Below are positions 1 through 7,813 of a stretch of DNA of 11,859 nucleotides, piece by piece (positions within the stretch are counted from its first letter, which is position 1; each line of letters opens with the position of its first letter). The stretch comes from a virus. Lineage: Duplodnaviria; Heunggongvirae; Uroviricota; Caudoviricetes. The position numbers were made by a program, and so were the translations under genes. The notes beneath the pieces are model-generated. The model was given only the letters and a program-made list of their open reading frames with translations. It was not told the DNA's origin and did not search any database. The stretch lies in IMG/VR virus record IMGVR_UViG_3300044799_000708; one strand, given 5' to 3'.

Positions 1-68
1 CCCCCATTGGATGTGTGTCTATGTGTAACTACTTAACTCGATTCTACGAACCGACAAAGAGCGACCAA

Positions 69-135
69 TGTATATACTCTCGAACCGAAACCTTTATAAA
101 GCTTTCTACTATAGAATAAGTATTATGTATATACA
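69..135. promoter_or_regulatory. Pair of palindromic operator-like sites (TGTATATAC) flanking P1
   Basis: TGTATATAC at 69-77 and the perfect 10-bp palindrome TGTATATACA at 126-135. The same motif recurs around the putative promoter near 7750. Confidence 0.5.
85..103 (+). promoter_or_regulatory. Archaeal-type promoter P1 (BRE CCGAAA + TATA box TTTATAAA)
   Basis: CCGAAA (85-90) lies 2 nt upstream of TTTATAAA (93-100), matching the archaeal BRE-TATA arrangement. It sits in non-coding DNA about 60 nt upstream of the first gene of a long + strand run. Confidence 0.7.
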
Positions 136-162
136 AGTTAACAACAAAAAGGTTGAAGAAGT

Positions 163-612
163 ATGGAATTCAAATGGAATGGCGCAATAAAGCTGGAGAG
201 ATTTGGTAGAAAGACGATTACCCTGCCTGATTTCAGAAAATTACATTTAACAAAAGCAGGGGTAGGGGAAAAGGCTCGTTCTGTCTCTCTTCCCTTTTCT
301 ATTTCTGGGTATTTCCTATGTTCCTTTGACAGAGATAATGATATAATAAAGTTCACAGTGGGAAAGTCCACAAATAAAATGACATACAAGACAAGGAATA
401 TTGAAAAGGAAGGTAAACAAAATGGAATTACTGTTTCCTCTAATGCCATAAGGCAGTTGAACTGGCATGATGAAGTGGAAATTTACAGATACATAGTGAA
501 TAAAGACCTTTTCTTCCTATTCAGAAAAAAGGATTTGGTTATAGAATTGAGAAAACAGTTTGAAAAACCGATAGATAGAGACCATATTAAGGAAAGAGAA
601 TATGAAAAATAA
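163..612 (+). CDS. Hypothetical protein, possibly AbrB/SpoVT-like swapped-hairpin DNA-binding protein
   Basis: 149-aa ORF, first gene after P1. Segments ARSVSLPFSIS and NGITVSSNAIRQLNWHDEVEI loosely resemble the AbrB pattern G-x-I-T-I-P-x-x-I-R-x-x-L-x-x-x-x-G-D-x-V. The fold call is weak. Confidence 0.35.
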   Translation: MEFKWNGAIKLERFGRKTITLPDFRKLHLTKAGVGEKARSVSLPFSISGYFLCSFDRDNDIIKFTVGKSTNKMTYKTRNIEKEGKQNGITVSSNAIRQLNWHDEVEIYRYIVNKDLFFLFRKKDLVIELRKQFEKPIDRDHIKEREYEK

Positions 613-943
613 AATTGGAAGACCAGAAAGTTCAAGGATATGTGACATAGAAGGCTGTTCAAAAACGCATTATGCTAAAGGCTTCTGTAGAACTCATTAT
701 CTGAATTATAGATATAATAATGATGAGAAATTTAGAAAAGAGGTAAGTGAAAAAAGTAGAAAAAGAGTATCTGAACACTATCAAAAAATGATAGCGATAG
801 ACCCTGATTGGGGTGCTAAACGCCAAAGAGAATACAGAAATAAATATCCAGATAGATTTCGTTATATTATGTGTCGTTGTTATTTTCGTAAATTGACGAA
901 TGAACAAAAGAAAAATCTGATAGAGGAATGTGGTATGAAATGA
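602..943 (+). CDS. Zinc-finger protein (C-x4-C...G-x-C-x2-H-Y), no nuclease domain
   Basis: CDIEGCSKTHYAKGFCRTHY is the C3H finger often seen N-terminal to phage HNH/EndoVII nucleases. It is followed by a basic helix, and no HNH motif is present. Confidence 0.65.
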   Translation: MKNKIGRPESSRICDIEGCSKTHYAKGFCRTHYLNYRYNNDEKFRKEVSEKSRKRVSEHYQKMIAIDPDWGAKRQREYRNKYPDRFRYIMCRCYFRKLTNEQKKNLIEECGMK

Positions 944-1230
944 AAATCGATAAACAGCATTATGGTAATCTAACAAAGGATAGTATATGGGAAGAAATAA
1001 CAACAATTAGGGCAAAAATTATTTCCTTGCTACAAGATGATAAAATCAGTTCGCTAAAAACGGTAAGTGTGTTGAAGGAAATGAAAAAGAATTTTAGCAA
1101 TCATATTTTTCAAGAATTGCTGACGAGAGATGAAAAAACTAAAGATATATGGGGGAAATTTGTTTCAAAAAACTCTGATGTTATCATAAAATATTATAGA
1201 TGGAAAGAGAAAGAGGGGGTAAAATTATGA
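940..1230 (+). CDS. Hypothetical protein
   Basis: The track ORF starts at 928; the ATG at 940 overlaps the upstream stop (ATGA) and is the likelier start. Coupled to the ATPase by ATGA at 1227-1230. Confidence 0.7.
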   Translation: MKIDKQHYGNLTKDSIWEEITTIRAKIISLLQDDKISSLKTVSVLKEMKKNFSNHIFQELLTRDEKTKDIWGKFVSKNSDVIIKYYRWKEKEGVKL

Positions 1231-2327
1231 AAAGTGTAAATCATAAGCAGTTAGGGAAGCTGATAAGGGAAGCATATAAAAAGAAGAAAGCCTTATTCAT
1301 TTGGGGGGCTTGCGGAATTGGTAAGTCTGATGTTGTCAGAGACAGTGCCAAACAGATGGCAAAGGAAAAAGGTCTCATATATAATGAGGATATGACAAAA
1401 ATAAATGAGAAAACTGTCTTTTCTGTTATTGATATTCGTCTTTCACAAATGGATTTGTCAGACATAAGGGGATTGCCCAAATATGATGAGAAAACGGAGA
1501 CTACAAAATGGTATGCCCCTAACTTCTTGCCAAAGAATGGTCAGGGTCTTCTTTTCCTTGACGAGATTAACCTTGCAGTCCCGACAGTTCAGGCTACAGC
1601 CTATCAATTAATATTGAATAGGAGAATAGGCGACTATGTTCTGCCTGATGGATGGCTTGTTGTCTCGGCAGGAAACAGGCTTGAAGACCGTGCTAATGTC
1701 TTCGAGACTCCTGCACCATTGAACAACCGTTTCCTTCACATAGAATTGGCACAGCCTGATGTGGATGACTGGATAGATTGGGCTGTCGCTAACGGCATAG
1801 ACACTCGTATCTCCACATATTTGAAGTTCGAGCCAGTCCTTTACAGGTTTGATAAGAACATAAAAGACAAAGCATTCCCCACGCCAAGAACTTGGTTCTT
1901 CGCTTCTGAAATGATAAACGATAAGGACACGACAAAGGACTTGGACATGATAGAAATACTCGTAGCTTCGTGTGTTGGTGAGGCTACAGCGATGAAATTC
2001 ACTGCTTGGCTTAAGCTGACGGAGAAGATAGACATCAAGGAAATCCTTAAGAACCCTATGGAAGCGAAACTGCCAAAGGAACTTGATATGCTGTATGCAA
2101 CCATTTCAGGCATATTGGAACACTACAAGAGGGATAGGAAACTGCTCAAGCCTATCATACAGCTTGCAACAAGGCTGACCCCTGAATATGCTGTGCTGTT
2201 GCTGAAACTCATCAAAACGCACACTCCGAGATTCACACAGGAGGTCTATAACATGCCAGAATGGAAGGAAAATGCCAAAAGGCTGCAGCCATACTTTAGG
2301 AAAGAAGAAGGAGAGGGAGAAGAATGA
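1227..2327 (+). CDS. MoxR-like AAA+ ATPase (AAA_5/AAA_3-type), partner of VWA protein
   Basis: Walker A GACGIGKS (1305-1328), Walker B LLFLDEIN (D at 1560), IRLSQ...DIRGLP, SAGNR sensor, LNNRF arginine finger and FPTPRTW. Start 1227 is preferred over 1200 (ATGA overlap, GAGGGGG RBS). Confidence 0.92.
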   Translation: MKSVNHKQLGKLIREAYKKKKALFIWGACGIGKSDVVRDSAKQMAKEKGLIYNEDMTKINEKTVFSVIDIRLSQMDLSDIRGLPKYDEKTETTKWYAPNFLPKNGQGLLFLDEINLAVPTVQATAYQLILNRRIGDYVLPDGWLVVSAGNRLEDRANVFETPAPLNNRFLHIELAQPDVDDWIDWAVANGIDTRISTYLKFEPVLYRFDKNIKDKAFPTPRTWFFASEMINDKDTTKDLDMIEILVASCVGEATAMKFTAWLKLTEKIDIKEILKNPMEAKLPKELDMLYATISGILEHYKRDRKLLKPIIQLATRLTPEYAVLLLKLIKTHTPRFTQEVYNMPEWKENAKRLQPYFRKEEGEGEE

Positions 2328-2527
2328 CCAAAAAGGAAATCAGAGAATTAATTATTTTGAAGAAGCATGATGGAGAATGTCAGTCTTGGCATTCGATAAA
2401 ACAGGGCGAACTTAAAACTTGGATAAAAGATGGCAGTCTTAAAGAAGGCGATATGATAGTTTATCCGAAAACAATTAAAAGAATAGAGGTTGAACTAAAG
2501 GAGAAGATTCTTTTAAAAAAACTATAA
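2324..2527 (+). CDS. Small hypothetical protein between ATPase and VWA genes
   Basis: 67-aa ORF with ATGA overlap to the ATPase stop and a GGAG-rich RBS. Its stop abuts the RBS of the next gene. Confidence 0.7.
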   Translation: MTKKEIRELIILKKHDGECQSWHSIKQGELKTWIKDGSLKEGDMIVYPKTIKRIEVELKEKILLKKL

Positions 2528-2536
2528 GGTGAAAAT

Positions 2537-4984
2537 ATGATACCTGAAATATCACAGATGACCGCAGAAGACAGGATTAGGAAGGTCAGGATACAGTTTC
2601 TGCGTGAAAAGCCATTCTTCGCCCATTTGTCCCTTTATCTTAATCTCATAGAAAGAAAGGATTTTGACACTATGGGTGTGGATTTTGAGGGAGGTCTTAT
2701 CTATAATCCAAAATTCGTCAATAGCTTTAACTTTACGGACTTGAAGATGATAATAGCCCACGAAACTTGTTTAGTGCCAGAAACTTTTGTATGGAACAAA
2801 AAAATAAATGAAATAAAGGTTGGTGATAAGATTTTAGGAGATGATGGTAAAGAACATAAAGTTATTTTGACCAATGAAAGAAAATATGAAGGAGAATTGA
2901 TATGTATAACACCAAGAGGTTCTTTGCCTATTAAAATAACGCCAAATCATCCAGTTTTAACTACAAATGGTTTATGGAAAGGATTCCAAAAACCAAATTA
3001 TAGAAAATTAAAGAATAGAGTTGGAGAAAATAAATTTATTTTCGAAAAATTAAAATGGAAAAATGCAGATGAACTCACAGAAAATGATTGGTTGGTGATA
3101 CCTAAAATTAAACCATTAGAAAAATATGAAAATTATGTAATAAAATTCAGTTATGGTAATGTATGGTCAACTACTCTAAAAAAATCGATAAGGGAAGGAT
3201 TGAAATTAGATGAGGATATTGCATATTTTTTGGGTTTGTATACTGCTGATGGATGGGCAAACATAAAATCTAAAACTATTGGCATATGTTTACATTCTAA
3301 AAAAGATATAGAAAAAATAGAAAAAATAAAGAAAATAATAGAAAATAAAATGGGTTTCAAGGTCAACATAAAAAAAAGAACTGATTCAAATTGTTTCGAT
3401 GTCAAATTTTCCTCAAGACCATTTGTTTCGTTTTTACATGAAAATATTGGAACAAGAGCATGGAATAAGAAAATTCCAGAATTTATTATATTTAATAATG
3501 ACGAAATTAAAAAGGCATTTCTGAAAGGGTTCATAGATGGCGATGGATATAATAATCACATAAATATTGGTTTTGCTACGACTTCAGAAAATCTTGCCCA
3601 TCAATTATTTATGCTTTCTGCGAGTTTAGGTATAATTTTTAATATGTATAAGGAAAGAAGAAATACAAAGAAAGGACTTTCTCGATTAAATAAAATTAAT
3701 AAAGAATGGACTGACATTTATATATTTTTTTCAAGATGTCATAAAATTTTTGATGTTTTGAATTTGCCTCATAAAGAAAGAACAATAAGAAAAACAACAT
3801 GGTTCAAAGAATACGAAGATTACATTCTTATAAAAATAAGAAAAATACAAAGGGAAAAATATGATGGTTTAGTTTTTAATTTGCAGACAGAAAATCAAAA
3901 TTATATATCAAATAATATTGTGGTTCATAATTGTCATCTCGCCTTTCTTCACCTGACGAGAAGGGGTAACAGGATACCTTTGCTATGGAACATCGCTGTG
4001 GATTTGGCTGTCAATAACATTCTCCATGATGATGGCTTTCACATTCCAGAAGGATTCCTTATGAACAGAAAATACAAGGACATGACTGCAGAGCAAATTT
4101 ATGATGACCTGTATAAGAATGCAAAGCATATCAAAATGAGAATTGGAGGCATATGCAAGAAATGCTCTGACGGAACGCAGGAAGTAGATTTCAACGATAC
4201 GCAGGGTAAAATGTTCGATAAGCACTCTTTTCCGAAGAGACAGGATAATGGTGCAGGTAGAAAAAACAGCAAGGGAAGCGAAAAGAATGGCAAAGAAAGC
4301 GAAAAGGATAAGGATGATGACACCAAAGGAGAGCCATTATCTGATGATGAGTTAAAAAAACTGCAGGACTTGTGGAAGAAAAGGATAGTTGAAGCCGAAA
4401 CAATCGCAAAACAGATGGGGAAATTGCCTGCAAACCTTGAGCGTATGTTTGGAAACCTTCTGGACTCAAGAATAAACTGGAAGGCTCTTCTTTATCGTTA
4501 TATTACGCAGGAGATTCCATATGACAGCACATATGCAAGACCCTCGAAGAAATCCGAGAGCGTAGGCGTTTATTTGCCCTATCAGGTCAAGGAAAACATT
4601 GAGATAATCATAGGTGTGGACAGTTCTGGAAGCATAACGCAGGAGGAATTGACCGAGTTTATGAGCGAAATGGTAGCCATAGCGAAAAGCTTTTCGAGTA
4701 TAAGAATGTCTGTCATCGTCTGTGACAGCGAAATACATGAAACCTATGAGGTTATGAATGGCTTTTCTCCGACTGACATCAAGATTAGTGGTGGTGGTGG
4801 AACTGATTTTCGACCAGTTTTCAAATGGATAGAAAAAAATAAGCCAAGTGCAAAGTTGCTTGTCTATTTCACGGATGGCTATGGCAGTTATCCTGCAAAT
4901 GAGACAGTGAAAACCCTATGGGTCTTAAAAGAGAATTATGATGTTCCTTTCGGGGAAAAGGTTATCTATAAGGGAAGTGATTGA
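2537..4984 (+). CDS. DUF2201-type putative metallopeptidase + VWA-like protein, intein-containing precursor (815 aa; about 427 aa spliced)
   Basis: The N-terminus has PFFAHL, TMGVD and YNPKF. After splicing it reads IIAHETCHLAFLHLTRRG...LWNIAVDLAVN (HExxH). Other features are a low-complexity charged linker, W...L.RY, the MIDAS motif VDSSGS (4619-4633), GGGGTDFRPVF and YFTDGYG. AGGTGA RBS. Confidence 0.9.
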   Translation: MIPEISQMTAEDRIRKVRIQFLREKPFFAHLSLYLNLIERKDFDTMGVDFEGGLIYNPKFVNSFNFTDLKMIIAHETCLVPETFVWNKKINEIKVGDKILGDDGKEHKVILTNERKYEGELICITPRGSLPIKITPNHPVLTTNGLWKGFQKPNYRKLKNRVGENKFIFEKLKWKNADELTENDWLVIPKIKPLEKYENYVIKFSYGNVWSTTLKKSIREGLKLDEDIAYFLGLYTADGWANIKSKTIGICLHSKKDIEKIEKIKKIIENKMGFKVNIKKRTDSNCFDVKFSSRPFVSFLHENIGTRAWNKKIPEFIIFNNDEIKKAFLKGFIDGDGYNNHINIGFATTSENLAHQLFMLSASLGIIFNMYKERRNTKKGLSRLNKINKEWTDIYIFFSRCHKIFDVLNLPHKERTIRKTTWFKEYEDYILIKIRKIQREKYDGLVFNLQTENQNYISNNIVVHNCHLAFLHLTRRGNRIPLLWNIAVDLAVNNILHDDGFHIPEGFLMNRKYKDMTAEQIYDDLYKNAKHIKMRIGGICKKCSDGTQEVDFNDTQGKMFDKHSFPKRQDNGAGRKNSKGSEKNGKESEKDKDDDTKGEPLSDDELKKLQDLWKKRIVEAETIAKQMGKLPANLERMFGNLLDSRINWKALLYRYITQEIPYDSTYARPSKKSESVGVYLPYQVKENIEIIIGVDSSGSITQEELTEFMSEMVAIAKSFSSIRMSVIVCDSEIHETYEVMNGFSPTDIKISGGGGTDFRPVFKWIEKNKPSAKLLVYFTDGYGSYPANETVKTLWVLKENYDVPFGEKVIYKGSD
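2768..3931 (+). mobile_element. Intein (388 aa) with LAGLIDADG homing endonuclease
   Basis: Block A CLVPETFV (Cys1), block B ITPNHP, LAGLIDADG motifs AYFLGLYTADG (3221-3253) and AFLKGFIDGDG (3515-3547), block F GLVFNLQT, and block G IVVHN followed by +1 Cys (3932-3934). More AT-rich than the exteins. Confidence 0.95.
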
Positions 4985-4985
4985 T

Positions 4986-5768
4986 ATGACAACAATAATG
5001 GAAAGGGTAGTAGAGTTTAAGGATTCGGAAACATTGAAAACTTTGGCAGAGAGAAGCAAACAGATGGAAAAGATAATGGAAGCGATAGGTCAGGGATATG
5101 AGCCTTGTCTTGATTTATTCTTTAATATTTTCCAGAAACTGAACCCGAAGAAAAAGATTCTTGACATTCCTCTTCTTCCAAAAGACCCAGATGTGAAGAT
5201 AGTCTTGCACCAGTTCGGTTTTTTCCTAAAGAAACCTTATAAGGAAAGAGCCGAGCCTGTTGATAAGGAAAATCTTTTCTCATTTTTCCGTGACAACAAG
5301 CCAGAAACCTTCGAAAAGGTAGCGGATGAGATAAACTACAGGCATATGCGTATAGCTTTCCGTGACTTTTGCAGGATTATGAACGCCTTTATCAAGGAAA
5401 ATAAGCACAAGGATGCTGATGGAACAGATGAGGTAATTTCGGTGAAGATACCTTTTAAAAAAGAAATATTGACACATGATGGTGAGAAAACAAAGGTAAC
5501 TTCTATTGATTTCGAAGGATATGAATCGGGCATGACCATATGTATTCATTTACTATCAAATAGTATTGATGATATTGAACTTGGCGAAGAGAATCTGGAA
5601 CTGGACAACATTCTGATTCTTGAACAAATCCAGAAGGAAGTTTTGGAAGGCACTGAAAAGCTTCTGAAAAAGGTAAAGGATGAAAGAAAAAACAAGGGTT
5701 CTGTGGTTTCGCTCTACGAACAACTGCAAGAAAAGTTCTCGAACTTCATTATGGCGGATGAATTATGA
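4986..5768 (+). CDS. Hypothetical protein (260 aa), ends in ADEL tag
   Basis: The track ORF starts at 4938; the ATG at 4986, just after the VWA stop and with a GGAAGTGA RBS, is likelier. No family recognised. Confidence 0.8.
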   Translation: MTTIMERVVEFKDSETLKTLAERSKQMEKIMEAIGQGYEPCLDLFFNIFQKLNPKKKILDIPLLPKDPDVKIVLHQFGFFLKKPYKERAEPVDKENLFSFFRDNKPETFEKVADEINYRHMRIAFRDFCRIMNAFIKENKHKDADGTDEVISVKIPFKKEILTHDGEKTKVTSIDFEGYESGMTICIHLLSNSIDDIELGEENLELDNILILEQIQKEVLEGTEKLLKKVKDERKNKGSVVSLYEQLQEKFSNFIMADEL

Positions 5769-5778
5769 AGGTGAAAAT

Positions 5779-6192
5779 ATGATAGTAAAATTCAGAGCGT
5801 GGCATAAGAAAGAAAAGAAGATGTATAAAATGGGAACTAATTTTTTGAGTTTAAACTGGCAAGGATGGCATTTGATAAGTTCACTAACAGGAGAATCGTT
5901 AGTTTCAAATAAAAATGGAATTCTCATGCAATCCACTGGTCTCAAAGACAAAAATGGCAAGAAGATTTTTGAAGGCGATATACTCAAACTCAATTCGAAA
6001 GGTTTGCCAAGATGGGTTGGGCAAATAAAAAAATTTAGTGGTGGTTTGATATTCATAGAAGAAGATGATGATGAAAATCGAATAGAATATACAGGTGTGT
6101 TGCTAAAAAGATTAGCAGACAAAACACAAAAAATAATGGAAGTAATTGGCAACATCTACGAAAATCCTAAACTTTTGAAGGTGAAAAAATGA
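5779..6192 (+). CDS. yopX: YopX family protein
   Basis: MIVKFRAWH, LMQSTGLKDKNGKKIFEGDIL and EVIGNIYENPKLL are YopX hallmarks. The start at 5779 follows an AGGTGA RBS. Confidence 0.92.
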   Translation: MIVKFRAWHKKEKKMYKMGTNFLSLNWQGWHLISSLTGESLVSNKNGILMQSTGLKDKNGKKIFEGDILKLNSKGLPRWVGQIKKFSGGLIFIEEDDDENRIEYTGVLLKRLADKTQKIMEVIGNIYENPKLLKVKK

Positions 6193-6536
6193 TAAGGTTT
6201 CCAAGACGTAATTGTGTAATTTGTGGCAAAGAAATGCTGTGGAATAAAGAGAATCTTTTATATGAATGTCCAAATCCGACTCACAAATATACTAACATAT
6301 TTGATAAAGCAGAAAGCGAAGAGGGAAACAAGAATGGAAGGAAAAAAATGAAAGATAGAAAAGAATTTCAATGGTCAAATACTCAAATCGGACTTTATCT
6401 GGTAGGTGGAATATCATTTTTGTATGTTGGAATAACCAGAATTAGTGGTGATTTCCTATATATTTTGGGAATTATTTTTGGAATATTTTTCATATTTGCA
6501 TCTCTTGGCGCAATACATGGGAGAATGAAAAAATGA
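6189..6536 (+). CDS. Zn-ribbon + two-transmembrane-helix protein
   Basis: N-terminal CVIC...CPNPTH and two C-terminal hydrophobic stretches. An internal start (MKDRKEF, after GGAAGG) is possible. Confidence 0.65.
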   Translation: MIRFPRRNCVICGKEMLWNKENLLYECPNPTHKYTNIFDKAESEEGNKNGRKKMKDRKEFQWSNTQIGLYLVGGISFLYVGITRISGDFLYILGIIFGIFFIFASLGAIHGRMKK

Positions 6537-6700
6537 AATTAAACGAACCATACATTCCACTTGCCATCATATTTTCTTTTTTATCTGGAATATATATGGG
6601 GGCAGCAATAATGACATTCAATATCATTGCGTGGATTTTTGGCTTACCATTAATGTTTTTTACTTTCTATTTGATAAGTAGAATTTATTCTACAAAGTAG
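6533..6700 (+). CDS. Small membrane protein (55 aa, 2 TM), absent from ORF track
   Basis: Translated by hand: MKLNEPYIPLAIIFSFLSGIYMGAAIMTFNIIAWIFGLPLMFFTFYLISRIYSTK. It has an ATGA overlap and exactly fills the gap between neighbours. Confidence 0.75.
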   Translation: MKLNEPYIPLAIIFSFLSGIYMGAAIMTFNIIAWIFGLPLMFFTFYLISRIYSTK

Positions 6701-6708
6701 ATGAAAAT

Positions 6709-7185
6709 ATGAAAACCGCAATTGAAGAAACAATAGTCATGCGAGGGGAGTTTCATCCCAGAGGTTTGAGGAGAAAGCATAAAAGAATATTGAGCTATTA
6801 TCCGAAGGTTATGTTCAAGAAACAGGCAATGTCATCAGGCAAAAGGGATGAGATATTTCAACTATATTATTTTGGTTGGAAAATAAATTGGATAGCCAAA
6901 AAACTGAAACTGGACTGGCATACTGTAAAATATCATGTTGATGAAGAATATAAAAAAAGACGCTTGAAACTGTCAGGTATAAGACTAAAACGAATTTTAG
7001 CCGACCCAATTGAAAGAAAGAGGCAGTTTGCGAGAGTCGATGCTTGCAGAAAGGAAAGGAAAAAGAAGGATAATAGGTATAGGAAATGGATTAGAGGTGT
7101 GACAAGAAAAGCTGGAAGGAAATATGATGAAAAAAATAGAGAACATAGAAGAAAGAGGGCAATAGAAAGGCATAGAAAAAGGTGA
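6709..7185 (+). CDS. Basic helix-turn-helix DNA-binding protein
   Basis: KRDEIFQLYYFGWKINWIAKKLKLDWHTVKYHV fits an HTH (IA..L.....TV..H). It is followed by a long Arg/Lys-rich helix. Confidence 0.6.
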   Translation: MKTAIEETIVMRGEFHPRGLRRKHKRILSYYPKVMFKKQAMSSGKRDEIFQLYYFGWKINWIAKKLKLDWHTVKYHVDEEYKKRRLKLSGIRLKRILADPIERKRQFARVDACRKERKKKDNRYRKWIRGVTRKAGRKYDEKNREHRRKRAIERHRKR

Positions 7186-7189
7186 AAGG

Positions 7190-7573
7190 ATGAAAAAACA
7201 AAAGAAATGCAGAAAATGCAAAAAAGATATGCCAATAGCTGTAATATTCAATACGAATGCCCTAACTATTGCCCAATATTTTAGTTGGGTGGAAGGTGGT
7301 AAAAAAATGGGTCTATGTCCAGATTGCTTTTTGAAACTTCAAAATAGTAGTTCTGTTCCTAAATATCGTTGGAAAACAAGATTCACTGTGAAACAGCATT
7401 TATATCGTGGCGAAACCTCTGGCGGATGGTATATTTGGGACAGAAGAGAGAAAACTTGGGCATATTGCTTTGAAAATCATAAAGGTGGATTCGAACATAA
7501 AAAGGATGCTCTGGAATGTGCAAAGAAAATGGAAGAAGAATACATTTCTAAAAAGATAGCAGATGATTTATGA
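7190..7573 (+). CDS. Zn-finger protein (CRKC...CPDC), ends in ADDL tag
   Basis: 127-aa ORF with an AGGTGA RBS and two CxxC pairs. Confidence 0.75.
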   Translation: MKKQKKCRKCKKDMPIAVIFNTNALTIAQYFSWVEGGKKMGLCPDCFLKLQNSSSVPKYRWKTRFTVKQHLYRGETSGGWYIWDRREKTWAYCFENHKGGFEHKKDALECAKKMEEEYISKKIADDL

Positions 7574-7725
7574 TGAAAGGGAAGAAGACTTTCAATTCCA
7601 TTTCCTATTTTTCCACTATCATATTGCGTGCAGTAGATACATTTGTTGCAAATATTTCAACTAATTATTATCTGGATGGGGTAAATAGTTGAATATTCGT
7701 CTATTATATTGGATTAGGATGATGT

Positions 7726-7801
7726 TGTATATACGGAAAAACGATATGTTTTTAAGCTATGATACTAATTACCAAGTATTACTGCATATTGCTGTATAAA
7801 C
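7726..7801 (+). promoter_or_regulatory. Putative promoter P2 (TTTTTAAG) bracketed by TGTATATAC / TGTATAAAC
   Basis: Lies in the largest internal intergenic gap. TATA-like TTTTTAAGCT at 7749-7758 shares AAGCT with P1. Palindrome copies at 7726-7734 and 7793-7801. The BRE match is poorer than at P1. Confidence 0.45.
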
Positions 7802-7813
7802 AAAGGTGATGTT

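Noticed and set aside
47-88. CGAACCGA direct repeat (47-54, 81-88)
   Set aside because: Only two 8-nt copies, one overlapping the BRE. Too short to call iterons or CRISPR repeats without upstream sequence.
4230-4350. Charged low-complexity stretch in the C-extein as a repeat element
   Set aside because: It is the variable linker normally found between the peptidase and VWA domains in this family, with no exact nucleotide periodicity.
5265-5290. KENLFSFF as a PCNA-interacting (PIP) box
   Set aside because: It lacks the canonical Gln, is internal, and there is no replication context in the window.
5754-7573. ADEL / ADDL read as KDEL-like ER retention signals
   Set aside because: The gene organisation and promoters are prokaryotic, these proteins have no signal peptides, and the other family members (AEAL, ADRL, AERL, ADKI) do not fit the KDEL pattern.
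7570-7692. 40-aa ORF MMKGKKTFNS... coupled to the ADDL stop
   Set aside because: No motif or homology cue. It may be real, but it is not supportable and could be terminator or intergenic sequence.
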